From Veleropilina oligotropha (taxonomy: Eukaryota): a DNA stretch of 64,000 nucleotides. The stretch covers positions 1 through 64,000 of the forward strand of contig JBEUKZ010000094.1 of assembly GCA_048128005.1 (NCBI GenBank), in the 5' to 3' direction. Made by a program: the position numbers and the translations under genes. Below the pieces are notes generated by a model that was given only the letters and a program-made list of their open reading frames with translations, was not told the origin of the DNA and searched no databases. Numbering within the stretch: the first letter of the stretch is position 1; each line of letters starts with the position of its first letter. Shown piece after piece: positions 26,001-38,000 of this stretch.

Positions 26001-29000
26001 TAAAGGAACCTGGATATGCAATGTATACACCTAAAACAACCTGGATGTGCCATGTATTCACCTAAAACAACATGCCATATACAATCACGCTATCTAGATA
26101 CTTCTATCATTTTTTCTATTTGTTTGTTTTGTTACAAGATTTGAATGATCTCAATCTTAAGGATTACCACAAACTGGCATGGTATTATCTTCTGTATAAT
26201 TGAAACAAATGCTTGACGTTACCGATAGATTACTTCAATACATCCAGATTATTGAGTTACCCGAGTTTGACACACCCGATATGCAGCTGAATATAAAACG
26301 CTATAACAATGTAGGATGTATATTGTCTACTAGTCAGAGAAATAGTTGTCAAGTACATTATGATATATTACCTCCATTTTGACAGTAATTTCAGGAACTG
26401 TGACCTTGTCATGACGATTTTTATGCGTTTTTAAACTATGCGTTGTTGAAAAGGATTTACTGCATCCATCCTCTCCACACGAATAAGGCTTCTCCCCTGC
26501 AGAAAATACAAATTAATATAAGGGTTGGTAACAATAACATACCAAAATAGATGGCTTCCATACAAAATTTAATAATCCAGAATTTTGAAATATGCTTAGA
26601 ACTAAGTAAAAGTAGGATTTCAGTTGATTTAAAATAACAAGAGCAAAAGCTCGAAATGGCTCGGATGCGTGAACCTGCACATCAATGAATTATATTCCAA
26701 GAAAACTGACACCGAATTCAGTGTTAGACAACATATAAAGCACACCACAACGGCAAAGAATGCTCATGGTTATATATAAAATTAAAATGTATACAGAGTG
26801 CCAATTTATACAATTGCAAACAAGAGCAAAAGCTCGAAATGGCTCGCAATTCGTGGAACTGCTATTCAATCACTTATATTTCATGAGTATTGTGTCTACA
26901 TTCAATAGTAGATGACATTGTCAATTTGAAATAGACATATAAAGCATATTAAAAGTTGTATAAAGAGTAAAATTTTCTAACTCCAAAATGGCTATTTATA
27001 TGCAAAATTTCAATTAAATTGCTTTCAATATTTCTACTCTAGGGTGAGATGACAAGGAAATAGTGATATCTGACCAAAATTGCTGACATTAACACTAAGC
27101 AACTTGTTCTGGAATATGAAATGGCTTACATGATTTGATGTTATAACAAATTACAACAAACATATTAATATAAGCAGACTGATAGACAGACAAAACATGT
27201 GACATACATCTCTGTCTGTCTAGTTAAGTGTCATAACCACAAAATCACAGACATAATTTTATCAATGAAAACAACAATAAATATATCCAAATATGAGACA
27301 TCATAACTGTGGATTCTGGTGCTAAGTTATTAACATTATCAGTGTGAATTCTTGTATGGGATTTTTGGCTGAATATCGCTAGGCTATGGATGTTGCCTGT
27401 TTGGATCCTGGAATGGGTTTTCAGGTCAAATTTCATCAGGCTATGGACATTACCGGTGTGATCCTGGTATGGGTTTTCATGTTGCATATCACCAGGCTAT
27501 GGACATTACTGGTGCGTGGATCCTGGTATGGGTTTTCAGGCTATGGACGTTACCTGTGTGGGATTTCATTACCTGTGTGGATCCTGGTATGGATTTTCAG
27601 GTCGAATATCATCAGGCTATGGACATTACCTGTGTGGATCCTGGTGTAGGTTTTCAGGCTATGGACGTTACCTGTGTGGATCCTGGTATGGGTTTTCATT
27701 TCCTGTGTGGATCGCGGTATGGGTTGTCAGGTCAAATATCATCAGGCTATAGATGTTACCTGTGTGGTTCCTGGTATGGGTTTCCATTTCCTGTGTGGAT
27801 ACCGGTATGGGTTTTCAGGTCGAATATCATCAGGCTATGGACGTTACCTGTGTGGATCCTGGTATGGGTTTTCATTTCCTGTGTGGATCACGGTATGGGT
27901 TTTCAGGTCAAATATCATCAGGCTATGGATGTTACCTGTGTGGTTCCTGGTATGGGTTTCCATTTCCTGTGTGGATCACGGTATGGGTTTTCAGGTCGAA
28001 TATCATCAGGCTATGGATGTTACCTGTGTGGTTCCTGGTACGAGTTTTCATTACCTGAGTGGATCCTGGTATGAGTTTTCATTACCTGTGTGGATCCCGG
28101 TATGGTTTCTCAGGTCAAATATCACAAGGCTATGGATGTTACCTGTGTGGTTCCTGGTATGGGTTTTCATTACCTGTGTGGATCCCGGTATGGGTTCTCA
28201 GGTCAAATATCACAAAGCTATGGATGCTACCTGAGTGGATCCTGGTACGGGTTTTCATTACCTGTGTGGATCCCGGTATGGTTTCTCAGGGCAAATATCA
28301 CAAGGCTATGGATGTTACCTGTGTGGATCCTGATATGGGTTTTCATTACCTGTGTGGATCCTGGTAGGGGTTTTCATTACCTGTGTTGATCCTGGTATGG
28401 GTTTTCATTACCTGTGTGGATCCTGATATGGGTTTTCATTACATGTGTGGATCCTAATATGGGTTTTCATTACATGTGTGGATCCTGGTATGAGTTTTCA
28501 TTACCTGTGTGTATCCCGGTATGGGTTCTCAAGTCAATTATCACAAGGCTATGGATGTTACCCGAGTGGATCCTGGAATGCGTTTTCATTACCGGTGTGG
28601 ATCCTGGTATGGGTTCTCAGGTCAAATATCACACGGCTATGGATGTTATCTGAGTGGATCCTGGTACGGGTTTTCATTACCTGTGTGGATCCTGGTATGG
28701 GTTTTCATGACCTGTATGGATCCTGGTATGGGTTTTCATTACCTGTGTGGATCCTGGTATGGGTTTTAATTACCTGTGTGGATCCTGGTATGGGTTTTCA
28801 TTACCTGTGTGGATCCCGGTATGGGTTCTCAGGTCAAATATCACAAGGCTATGGATGTTATCTGAGTGGATCCTGGTACGGGTTTTCATTACCTGTGTGG
28901 ATCTCGGTATGGGTTCTCAGGTCAAATATCACAAGGCTATGGATGTTACCTGTGTGGATTCTGGTACGGGTTTTCATTACCTGTGTGGATCCCGGTATGG

Positions 29001-32000
29001 GTTCTCAGGTCAAATATCACACGGCTATGGATGTTATCTGAGTGGATCCTGGTATGGGTTTTCATTACCTGTGTGGATCCTGGTATGGGTTTTCATGACC
29101 TGTATGGATCCTGGTATGGGTTTTCATTACCTGTGTGGATCCTGGTATGGGTTTTAATTACCTGTGTGGATCCTGGTATGGGTTTTCATTACCTGTGTGG
29201 ATCCCGGTATGGGTTCTCAGGTCAAATATCACAAGGCTATGGATGTTATCTGAGTGGATCCTGGTACGGGTTTTCATTACCTGTGTGGATCTCGGTATGG
29301 GTTCTCAGGTCAAATATCACAAGGCTATGGATGTTACCTGTGTGGATTCTGGTACGGGTTTTCATTACCTGTGTGGATCCCGGTATGGGTTCTCAGGTCA
29401 AATATCACAAGGTTATGGATGTTAACTGTGTGGATCCTGATATGGGTTTTCATTACATGTGTGGATTCTAATATGGGTTTTCATTACATGTGTGGATCCT
29501 GGTATGAGTTTTCATTACCTGTGTGTATCCCGATATCGATTCTCAAGTCAAATATCACAAGGCTATGGATGTTACCCGTGTGGATCCTGGTATGGGTTTT
29601 CATTACCTGTGTGGATCCCAGTATGGGTTCTCAGGTCAAATATCACAAGGCTATGGATGTTACCTGTGTGGATTCTGGTATGGGTTTTCATTACCTGTGT
29701 GGATCCCAGTATGGGTTCTCAGGTCAAATATCACAAGGCTATGGATGCTACCTGTGTGGATCCTGGTATGGGTTTTCATTACCTGTGTGGATCCTGGTAT
29801 GGGTTTTCATTACCTGTGTGGATCCTGGTATGGGTTTTCATTACCTGTGTGGATCCCGGTATGGGTTCCCAGGTCAAATATCATCAGGCTATGGATGTTA
29901 TCTGAGTGGATCCTGGTATGGGTTTTCATTACCTGTGTGGATCCTGGTATGGGTTTTCATGACCTGTATGGATCCTGGTATGGGTTTTCATTACCTGTGT
30001 GGATCCTGGTATGGGTTTTAATTACCTGTGTGGATCCTGGTATGGGTTTTCATTAACTGTGTAGATCCTGGTATGGGTTTTCATTACCTGTGTGGATCCT
30101 GGTATGGGTTCTCAGTTCAAATATCACAAGACTATGGATGTCACCTGTGTGGATTCTGGAATGCATTTTCATTACCTGTGTGGATCCCGGTATGGGTTCT
30201 CAGGTCAAATATCACAAGGCTATGGATGTTACCGGTGTGGATTCTGATATGGGTTTTCATTACCTGTGTGGATCCTGGTATGGGTTTTCATTACCTGTGT
30301 GGATCCTGGTATGGGTTTTCATTACCTGTGTGGATCCTGATATGGGTTTTCAGGTGGTGACTGGCAGCAAATGCCTTTCCACATCCAGACTGCTGGCATC
30401 TGTGCAATGAAGAAATGGTTGGTGCAAAATCAGATAAGGCATTTAAACATTGTTATTTGTAAGCAATCACAATTTTTATTTATATGTATAAAATGTTGAA
30501 TGAGTATTAAACCCCTGAAAGAAAATGGTATTTTACAACCCCAATAAAATGTCTGGGAGGAATTCACCATCAGATAAATAAAGTATTAAAACAAATTAAT
30601 TATGTGAAAAACAAAATAAATATCTACATAAAGCTAAAGGAAAATCTTTACTTTAAGACTTTTGATAATATACTATAATGTATATCTGTTATATTGCTTC
30701 TTCTTCAAACGTTCTGACAAACTAAGCTGATTTATGACAGCAAAACTTAATCCTTTGCCGCATACAAGATAACCATTCTATATGTAATTGGACTAGCTGC
30801 TAACCTATGTATTCGTAAATGACTGGTGCAGTACTTACTGGTATGGCTTTTCACCGGTGTGTGTGCGGATGTGTTTCCTAAGGTCACTAAGTGTTGTGAA
30901 GTATTTAGTACATCCGTCTTCGTCGCAGTTGAATGTGTTTCCCGTGTGCAGCCTCTGATGAGCTCGTAATCTGCAATTAAGCGATGGTTCGATGGTTCGG
31001 TCAGTTTTACGACAACATTCTAATGGTTGAGAAGATGTAAGTAAACAATTTTACAACATTCTGACGATTTTTCAGCCATATTGCAGTCAGGCCCAATGCT
31101 TACTATTCTTAAAGTCTCTATCCAGCCAGTTTCTGACTTGGTCATTCATTCATTGTTGCATAACTTCATTGATAAACAAGAATCGGCGAGTTTAACATGA
31201 TCTGGTCGTAGATTAGCCACTAGTATATTGATGATATATTCTTCCAATACTTAATTCTGCAATACCTCCCAACCGCTGGCATGCTAGGCTAAAAAGTCTG
31301 GCAAAGCTACGAAGCCATGGGCTAAAAATAGCATTCAGGCAATACCCACTTGGTGTGGGGTGTAAGGCCCGCCATCAGGCAGCACAGCTCTAGTACAAAT
31401 AATATCTCATATATACTGAACAAGAGCAGATATCAGATTATATTGCAAATAGAACAATTGACCATTTGCACGGACACGATAAAATTATATAATGAAATAT
31501 GAATGGGTATAAGCATTTCGGATATTTTGCTTCATTAATACAATGTACTATATTATAAATAATATATAAATTGTCTTCAAAATATAAGTTAATTAATAGT
31601 AAACTATGTTACTTTTTTGCTGTATGAAACATTGTCTAAACATTATTATACAATGACAAATTTCCGTTTTACATGCTGAGAGGTTCCTTCAAATAACTGA
31701 TAACCCCCTACCTGTACAGTGTGTTGTATGCCTTTTCGCAGCCGGTCATTTCACATTCATAGGGCCGCTCCCTGGTGTGGACTCTAACATGGACCTTTAA
31801 GCTGTAAGATGTCAGAAACGCCTTTCCACAGCCAATCTGGTTACACTCAAAGGTGTACTCTCCTGAAAGAGTAATGCGCATTCTTCTGAGGTGACGAATT
31901 GGTACGAAAATGTGTTATCATAAAGTTGTCTTCTCCTTAATTGAAAAATTTTGACTAAAAGGTGAACAATACTACATGTATTATTACCTCCTACAAGGAG

Positions 32001-35000
32001 GTTGAGATTTTGGCAGCATTTATTTATTTTTCAACAGAATTTGGTGACATTGTCGGCCTTTGGCAAAGAACCAACTGCCTAGATTTTATGATGGTCGATC
32101 TGAGAAAGATTTTAATGAAAAATATTGTGAATGAATTGGCTTTGGATAAGAACCAATTGGTTAGATTTTTGTGGTGATCCAGAATTGATGTCAGTGCAGC
32201 CATTGTGGAGGACAGCACTCTCAGACTGCTTCCTTGTCTTCTTATGCAGTATAATGCCCACAATGAACAAGAAGATTATTATAATGTATATGAGTGTGCG
32301 CATAAGAAAATTAAAACTGAAAAGAAAACAAAAACTTTTTAAAAGCAGAATCTTACTTAATGTGCCGAAGCAATATTTTTGAAAGACGCAAGAGTCTCAG
32401 ACATTACGGCATCTGACCATCTTCCAATCCACACATTGGTGGTCCTCGGGAAGAAGGAAATATTTCTGGAGTCGCTTTGACAGTGTTGACTTTCTTGATG
32501 GGGAAAGTCGATTCTCATGGCTAATGTTTGCCAAGTACGTTTTAAAGCATATATTATAATCTGGTCAATATCCTCTAACGTTGGCCAGGCTAGGTGTTGT
32601 AACATGTTGGTGACGCTAGCCGTTCGGTGGTAGACGTTGGACACCTACTAGCTGGTCCTAGCCAATATTTCTGGTGATATATTTTGGATCAATGTTTGAT
32701 GTTTAGATTTAACAACTTTCATGTTCATGTCTATATCATGGCAGGAAGATAGCAGGTCATCCGGGAAAACCTACCTCAGGTTCATGTCTATATCATGGCA
32801 GGAAGATAGCAGGTCATCCAGGAAAACCTACCTCAGGTTCATGTCTGTATCATGGCAGGTCATCCAGGAAAACCTACCTCAGGTACGTCTATATCATGGC
32901 AGGAAGATAGCAGGTCATCCAGGAAAACCTACCTCAGGTACATGTCTATATCATGGCAGGAAGATAGCAGGTCATCCAGGAAAACCTACCTCAGGTTCAT
33001 GTCTATATCATGGCAGGAAGATAGGTCATCCAGGAAAACCTACCTCAGGTTCATGTCTATATCATGGCAGGAAGATAGCAGGTCATCCGGGAAAACCTAC
33101 CTCAGGTTCATGCCTACATCATGGCAGGAAGATAGCAGATCATCCAGGAAAACCTACCTCAGGTTCATGTCTATATCATGGCAGGAAGATAGCAGATCAT
33201 CCAGGAAAACCTACCTCAGGTTCATGTCTATATCATGGCAGGAAGATAGCAGGTCATCCGGGAAAACTTACCTCATGTTCATGTCTATATCATGGCAGGA
33301 AGATAGCAGGTCATCCAGGAAAACCTACCTCAGGTTCATGTCTATATCATGGCAGGAAGATAGCCCGGTTAACCGGGAAAACCTACCTCAGGTTCATGTC
33401 TACATCATGGCAGGAAGATAGGTCATCCGGGAGAACCTACCTCAGGTTCATGTCTATATCATGGCAGGAAGATAGCAGGTCATCCAGGAAAACCTACCTC
33501 AGGTTCATGCCTACATCATGGCAGGAAGATAGCAGATCATCCAGGAAAACCTACCTCAGGTTCATGTCTACATCATGGCAGGAAGATAGCAGGTCATCCA
33601 GGAAAACCTACCTCAGGTACATGTCTATATCATGGCAGGAAGATAGCAGGTCATCCAGGAAAACCTACCTCAGGTTCATGTCTACATCATGGCAGGAAGA
33701 TAGCAGGTCATCCAGGAAAACCTACCTCAGGTTCATGTCTATATCATGGCAGGAAGATAGCAGGTCATCCAGGAAAACCTACCTCAGGTTCATGTCTATA
33801 TCATGGCAGGAAGATAGCCCGGTTAACCGGGAAAACCTACCTCAGGTTCATGTCTACATCATTGCAGGAAGATAGGTCATCCGGGAGAACCTACCTCAGG
33901 TTCATGTCTACATCATGGCAGGAAGATAGCAGGTCATCCGGGAGAACCTACCTTCACAGGATAACTGTGAATGTTCACTGAAAATTGTGCTCCAAATCCA
34001 CTCGGTTTACACAGAACAGTCAAGCGAGTGAATTGTGATCCAAGTTGACCATCAGTACATGCAGCCATCTGCTGATATGGATCGGATTGTAACAATAGGA
34101 TCTACATTCCACTGGTGAAGGTCTGCCGCTCTGATAACATGTGGCATGTTTCATAATTTAGAACTGTTGGTAACACCACTCAAAACTGGATATTATTTTT
34201 AACAGCAGACTCCCATGTATGGAATCGACATGTGTAATTGTTTACATCAAACTAACAGTCAATATACGTCAACTGTTCCACTGTAGTAGATCTAGACACA
34301 TGGATATACCAGTCTAGATGTGCAGTGTCATCATCGTGTGTGTCACATGGATATACCAGTTTAGATGTGCAGTGTCATCATCATGTGTGTCACATGGATA
34401 TACCAGTCTAGATGTGCAGTGTCATCATCGTGTGTGTCACATGGATATACCAGTCTAGATGTGCAGTGTCATCATCGTGTGTGTCACATGGATATACCAG
34501 TCTAGATGTGCAGTGTCATCATCGTGTGTGTCACATGGATATACCAGTCTAGATGTGCAGTGTCATCATCGTGTGTCACATGGATATACCAGTCTAGATG
34601 TGCAGTGTCATCATCGTGTGTGTCACATGGATATACCAGTCTAGATGTGCAGTGTCATCATCGTGTGTGTCACATGGATATACCAGTCTAGATGTGCAGT
34701 GTCATCATCGTGTGTGTCACATGGATATACCAGTCTAGATGTGCAGTGTCATCATCGTGTGTGTCACATGGATATACCAGTCTAGATGTGCAGTGTCATC
34801 ATCATGTGTGTCACATGGATATACCAGTCTAGATGCGCAGTGTCATCATCGTGTGTGTCACATGGATATACCAGTCTAGATGTGCAGTGTCATCATCGTG
34901 TGTGTTACATGGATATACCAGTCTAGATGTGCAGTGTCATCATCGTGTGTGTCACATGGATATACCAGTCTAGATGTGCAGTGTCATCATCGTGTGTGTC

Positions 35001-38000
35001 ACATGGATATACCAGTCTAGATGTGCAGTGTCATCATCGTGTGTGTCACATGGATATACCAGTCTAGATGCGCAGTGTCATCATCGTGTGTGTCACATGG
35101 ATATACCAGTCTAGATGCGCAGTGTCATCATCGTGTGTGTCACATGGATATACCAGTCTAGATGTGCAGTGTCATCATCGTGTGTGTCACATGGATATAC
35201 CAGTCTAGATGTGCAGTGTCATCATCGTGTGTGTCACCATTGCTGCAGATCGTCATCACATTTCTATTTCCAGAGCATTTTGCAAAAAGAAAAGTATATA
35301 TGTTGCAATGAATTAATACAGTATTTATGTATACTAATTACATCGAATGCATAAAAAGACATTATTTAAAGGTTATGAACATTTAACAAGAAGTGTGGGA
35401 GCCACACATTATCACATCGGTTTTGTCGTAATTTATGGAGTGTAAATTTTTGTTGATAAAGGGGAATAACTGTGCAAATACTTGTCAAAATTCTAGCAAA
35501 ATGTAACTTGACCCACTGTGCTTTATCTGCAACCCAGTCACAATATTTGAACAATATCTGATGCGAGGTTCTGAAGATAATTGACGGAAAGTAAATATTT
35601 GTCGAAAAATGGAGACAACTGTGGAAATATTTGTCGAAGTTCTGCCGAAATCGAATTGACCTCCGAGCTATTATTTGGAAAACAGTCATAAGATTTGAAC
35701 GATGTTGAAAAGGGGACATAACTGTGGTCATATTTGTCGGTATAATACCAATAGGCATCTAGTTTATGGTCTAGGAAACCTGCACACCAAATTTGAACTC
35801 CATAGCTATTACTGCTTTCCTCATATCCGGTTCAAGTTGTCAGAAACGGAAATTTTGTCGAAAAAGGGGGATAACTGTGCAATTATTAGGCAGGTTAATC
35901 TCTAATTCAATAGGAACCTAGTTTATGCCCCAATAAACCTGCATACCAAATTTGAGCTCCATAGCTATTACGGTTTTCCTGGTATCCTGTTCACGTTGTC
36001 TATACGGATGGACCACGTGATGACATAATCCCACGGTTTTTAAAAAAACGATGGGATAAAAAGTGCTATGTTAAACCTGCTATTCTTATTACTTCCTTTG
36101 ACCAGTTTCCGATTGATATCATTGACACTCATGCCACATACAAGCTGTACAGGACTAAACTATTCCATATATTTTTAAATATGCGGTTTATTTTGCCTTC
36201 AGAAAATCTGTAAGTTGCAACTGACATGACACCATTCATATGGTTAGTGACAGTTGAACATCAAATGTCACAGACTTCGAAAAAAGATGTAGATGTTATC
36301 CTCTTGTCTGATACGGATGTTTATCCTGTTCACTTTGAAAATATCACATACGACTCCTGTGATACTTTCAAAGCCCACAAGATAAACTTTCATATCAAAT
36401 GCCAGCACAGGATAATATAAGTTGTCACGGTAGTATATGGTATGTTGTACACTGCTTGACGTTAAATAGGTGTACAACGTACCGTATACTACCAAGACGA
36501 AGATTTGACAACAAATTTATCTTGGTTTTAATTTAAATTATAATTTCCCTATCTGTCTAACAGTGTTGTTTGTCAATTTTACGAGCGCAGCCATTTGCCT
36601 ATGTTTACATCTCACGAAGCCGACAACGTTATTAGAGTTTACGGAATGTGCCGAATATCCTAGATCTCCATGGAGACGGGCTACAAGTTATTTGTACTAC
36701 TCATGTTTGAAATTGACGTCAAACAAGAAGGGCATTTATGTAACTAACGTCATCCAATCAGAACGGCGGATTAACGTCATAAGCAAGATAACACTAAATG
36801 TCTCAGCCGCAACAGTAAAGGATAACTTTGCGATGTAATGATGTGGAAGTCTTGAAACATCCAAAAATGGTCTGTTATTTATGAAGGTATATACATACAA
36901 TTTCATAACATGGAAGTGATTGAATCATGAAAAGAACAATATGAGATCATCTTTCAGTTCTTTGCATACAATATCCAACCTTTCACGCAATGGAAAGTGC
37001 AAACTTTTATGTATTTGCTAGTGTCAGCATCAGTTCTCAAGAAGAAGAGAATCCAGTCAGAATTTTGACCACGATTTGTTTCTGTTGTGAGTGTTAAATA
37101 TAGTTGTACAAATATGAAAATACAAAATAAAAAGACATAGCCTCTTTAATCAGCAATTGCCATAAAATTCAGTAAACAACAATGTACATAAACTAAAAAT
37201 AGTATGTCACTAATAATTATCATTAACCATGCAATTAAATGTAACAAAATCATTTTCAAACTATTACCACTGCGACATTGTTTAGAATTATCCCTGAGAC
37301 ACATGGTCACCATCATGTGCCAGATATAGTGAGTTACTATCATGAAGGAACTTCACGAGAAGCTTAATCAGCCAACATTCATGAAAAACAGTGTTCCAAT
37401 AACATATGATTATCTCAAGCTGATAAGTGCAGTCATCTTGAGATACTAGTTATAATATTATACGCATATATTATATACTAGTACATGTATGAGCACAGCT
37501 GAACCCGTGTGTGAATTGTTTTATGCTCCTTCGAAAGTATACCAATGAGTTCAAACATGCAAAACTATGATTAATATTTCTTATACAATTATTTTTCTAG
37601 TATTTTACAGACACTCCCCGTGAACGGGCATAAAAAATAAAATTGTTAATAAAACTTTCATTTTCACATTCATATTCAAGTAAATAACTGAATAAGAAGA
37701 AATTATTATATTATCATTTGTATGCATTAAATACCAAAAATAAAGTAACTACAATCATCAACTACATCGAACCAAGTCTTTTCTTGACCCATGATAGCTA
37801 CCTAATAAATGCCATATTATTTATCATTATAAGTAGACAGGTGATAACCATGTGGTGCCTGCAGGTGATGACTCTAAGCAGGATTTCTTACACACTATTT
37901 GTTCATGGAAACATATCCTGTGCTGCCCGTGCTGAGAGAGTTATCAAGTTGAGACCGCCTGTGAGTGGAGAATGCATTGCTGCCCGTGCTGAGAGAGTTA

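Noticed and set aside
27245..30410. Possible extra zinc fingers or Cys/Gly/Tyr-rich protein ORFs in the array
   Set aside because: Units copy only the His half of finger 5 with no CxxC, and minus-strand frames hit stops; plus-strand ORFs are repeat artefacts.
1531..35238. CRISPR-like appearance of the regular arrays
   Set aside because: Units are head-to-tail with no unique spacers, there are no cas genes, and the context is eukaryotic.
6300..35238. Arrays as multimerised metal-response elements for MTF1 autoregulation
   Set aside because: The units I checked have TGCGCTG, TGCACTG, TGCGCTT or TGCACAT, none matching the MRE core TGCRCNC.
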